Positions 62,301 to 64,000 of a stretch of DNA of 64,000 nucleotides are shown one piece after another (within the stretch, counting starts at the first letter, position 1; each line of letters starts with the position of its first letter). The position numbers and the translations under genes were made by a program. A model generated the notes under the pieces. It saw only the letters and a list, made by a program, of their open reading frames with translations. It was not told the DNA's origin and searched no databases. Location of the stretch: the NCBI GenBank assembly GCA_051530055.1, contig CM121343.1, positions 7,752,044 through 7,816,043 of the forward strand. Reading direction: 5' to 3'. The stretch comes from Neoechinorhynchus agilis. Taxonomy: Eukaryota; Animalia; Acanthocephala.

Positions 62301-64000
62301 GTTCGGGTGGTAATATCTGGTCGGAGGGATTCCTATTAGGATGGGAATATCCAGTCGAGGACGGTTCGTTCGGGTGGTAATATCTGGTCGGAGGGATTCC
62401 TATTAGGATGGGAACATCCAGTCGAGGACGGTTCGTTCGGGTGGTAATATCTGGTCGGAGGGATTCCTATTAGGATGGGAATATCCAGTCGAGGACGGTT
62501 CGTTCGGGTGGTAATATCTGGTCGGAGGGATTCCTATTAGGATGGGAATATCCAGTCGAGGACGGTTCGTTCGGGTGGTAATATCTGGTCGGAGGGATTC
62601 CTATTAGGATGGGAACATCCAGTCGAGGACGGTTCGTTCGGGTGGTAATATCTGGTCGGAGGGATTCCTATTAGGATGGGAATATCCAGTCGAGGACGGT
62701 TCGTTCGGGTGGTAATATCTGGTCGGAGGGATTCCTATTAGGATGGGAACATCCAGTCGAGGACGGTTCGTTCGGGTGGTAATATCTGGTCGGAGGGATT
62801 CCTATTAGGATGGGAATATCCAGTCGAGGACGGTTCGTTCGGGTGGTAATATCTGGTCGGAGGGATTCCTATTAGGATGGGAATATCCAGTCGAGGACGG
62901 TTCGTTCGGGTGGTAATATCTGGTCGGAGGGATTCCTATTAGGATGGGAACATCCAGTCGAGGACGGTTCGTTCGGGTGGTAATATCTGGTCGGAGGGAT
63001 TCCTATTAGGATGGGAACTATCCAGTCGAGGACGGTTCGTTCGGGTGGTAATATCTGGTCGGAGGGATTCCTATTAGGATGGGAATATCCAGTCGAGGAC
63101 GGTTCGTTCGGGTGGTAATATCTGGTCGGAGGGATTCCTATTAGGATGGGAACATCCAGTCGAGGACGGTTCGTTCGGGTGGTAATATCTGGTCGGAGGG
63201 ATTCCTATTAGGATGGGAACTATCCAGTCGAGGACGGTTCGTTCGGGTGGTAATATCTGGTCGGAGGGATTCCTATTAGGATGGGAATATCCAGTCGAGG
63301 ACGGTTCGTTCGGGTGGTAATATCTGGTCGGAGGGATTCCTATTAGGATGGGAATATCCAGTCGAGGACGGTTCGTTCGGGTGGTAATATCTGGTCGGAG
63401 GGATTCCTATTAGGATGGGAACTATCCAGTCGAGGACGGTTCGTTCGGGTGGTAATATCTGGTCGGAGGGTTCCTATTAGGATGGGAACATCCAGTCGAG
63501 GACGGTTCGTTCGGGTGGTAATATCTGGTCGGAGGGATTCCTATTAGGATGGGAATATCCAGTCGAGGACGGTTCGTTCGGGTGGTAATATCTGTCGGAG
63601 GGATTCCTATTAGGATGGGAATATCCAGTCGAGGACGGTTCGTTCGGGTGGTAATATCTGGTCGGAGGGATTCCTATTAGGATGGGAATATCCAGTCGAG
63701 GACGGTTCGTTCGGGTGGTAATATCTGGTCGGAGGGATTCCTATTAGGATGGGAACATCCAGTCGAGGACGGTTCGTTCGGGTGGTAATATCTGGTCGGA
63801 GGGATTCCTATTAGGATGGGAATATCCAGTCGAGGACGGTTCGTTCGGGTGGTAATATCTGGTCGGAGGGATTCCTATTAGGATGGGAATATCCAGTCGA
63901 GGACGGTTCGTTCGGGTGGTAATATCTGGTCGGAGGGCTGTCTATTCGGATGGGAACTATCAAGTTGGGGACGGTTCGTTCGGGTGGTAATATCTGGTCG
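62301..64000 (+). repeat. Highly homogeneous 67-bp tandem repeat, about 25 copies, running off the window end
   Basis: Unit GTTCGGGTGGTAATATCTGGTCGGAGGGATTCCTATTAGGATGGGAA(T/C)ATCCAGTCGAGGACGGTTC. Variants are AATAT, AACAT and AACTAT plus rare 1-bp deletions. Confidence 0.98.

Noticed and set aside
62301-64000. CRISPR-like appearance of the regular short repeat
   Set aside because: There are no unique spacers and no cas genes, and the context is eukaryotic. It is a plain tandem repeat.

Overview
Animal (metazoan-type) genomic DNA from a compact genome with very short introns (mostly about 35-60 nt). The species cannot be named from the sequence alone. 1-9.8 kb is a pile of decayed retroelements: a non-LTR RT fragment, Ty3/Gypsy, Penelope-like elements (PLE), CRE-like and L2/CR1-like pieces, a SINE and a relic satellite cluster. 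10-49 kb holds host genes interleaved with TE fragments: a LIV-1/ZIP metal transporter with a CRE-like insertion in an intron, SMG1, an intronless orphan secreted protein, a GAF-domain cGMP PDE, a RASEF-like large Rab and two small unknown ORFs. 50-64 kb is a decayed Gypsy running into a 10.3-kb array of a 454-bp satellite, which abuts a very homogeneous 67-bp satellite. Best second-look items: (1) minimal type-I hammerhead ribozyme motifs linked to PLEs, with two intact cores at 4117-4157 (-) and 48324-48366 (+) and two single-mutant copies inside the inverted repeats of a PLE; (2) the 67-bp satellite appears to be amplified from a subrepeat of the local L2/CR1-like 3' UTR at about 30400; (3) the 454-bp satellite has an approximately 150-bp three-part substructure, an older inverted relic cluster 47 kb away and a recurrent 343-bp variant; (4) a tRNA-headed SINE carries an invariant hammerhead-like core lacking helix II; (5) the ZIP transporter has a non-canonical metal-site motif (FEEIPNELGD). 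All alignments and folds were done by eye. No activity, database match or novelty has been verified.
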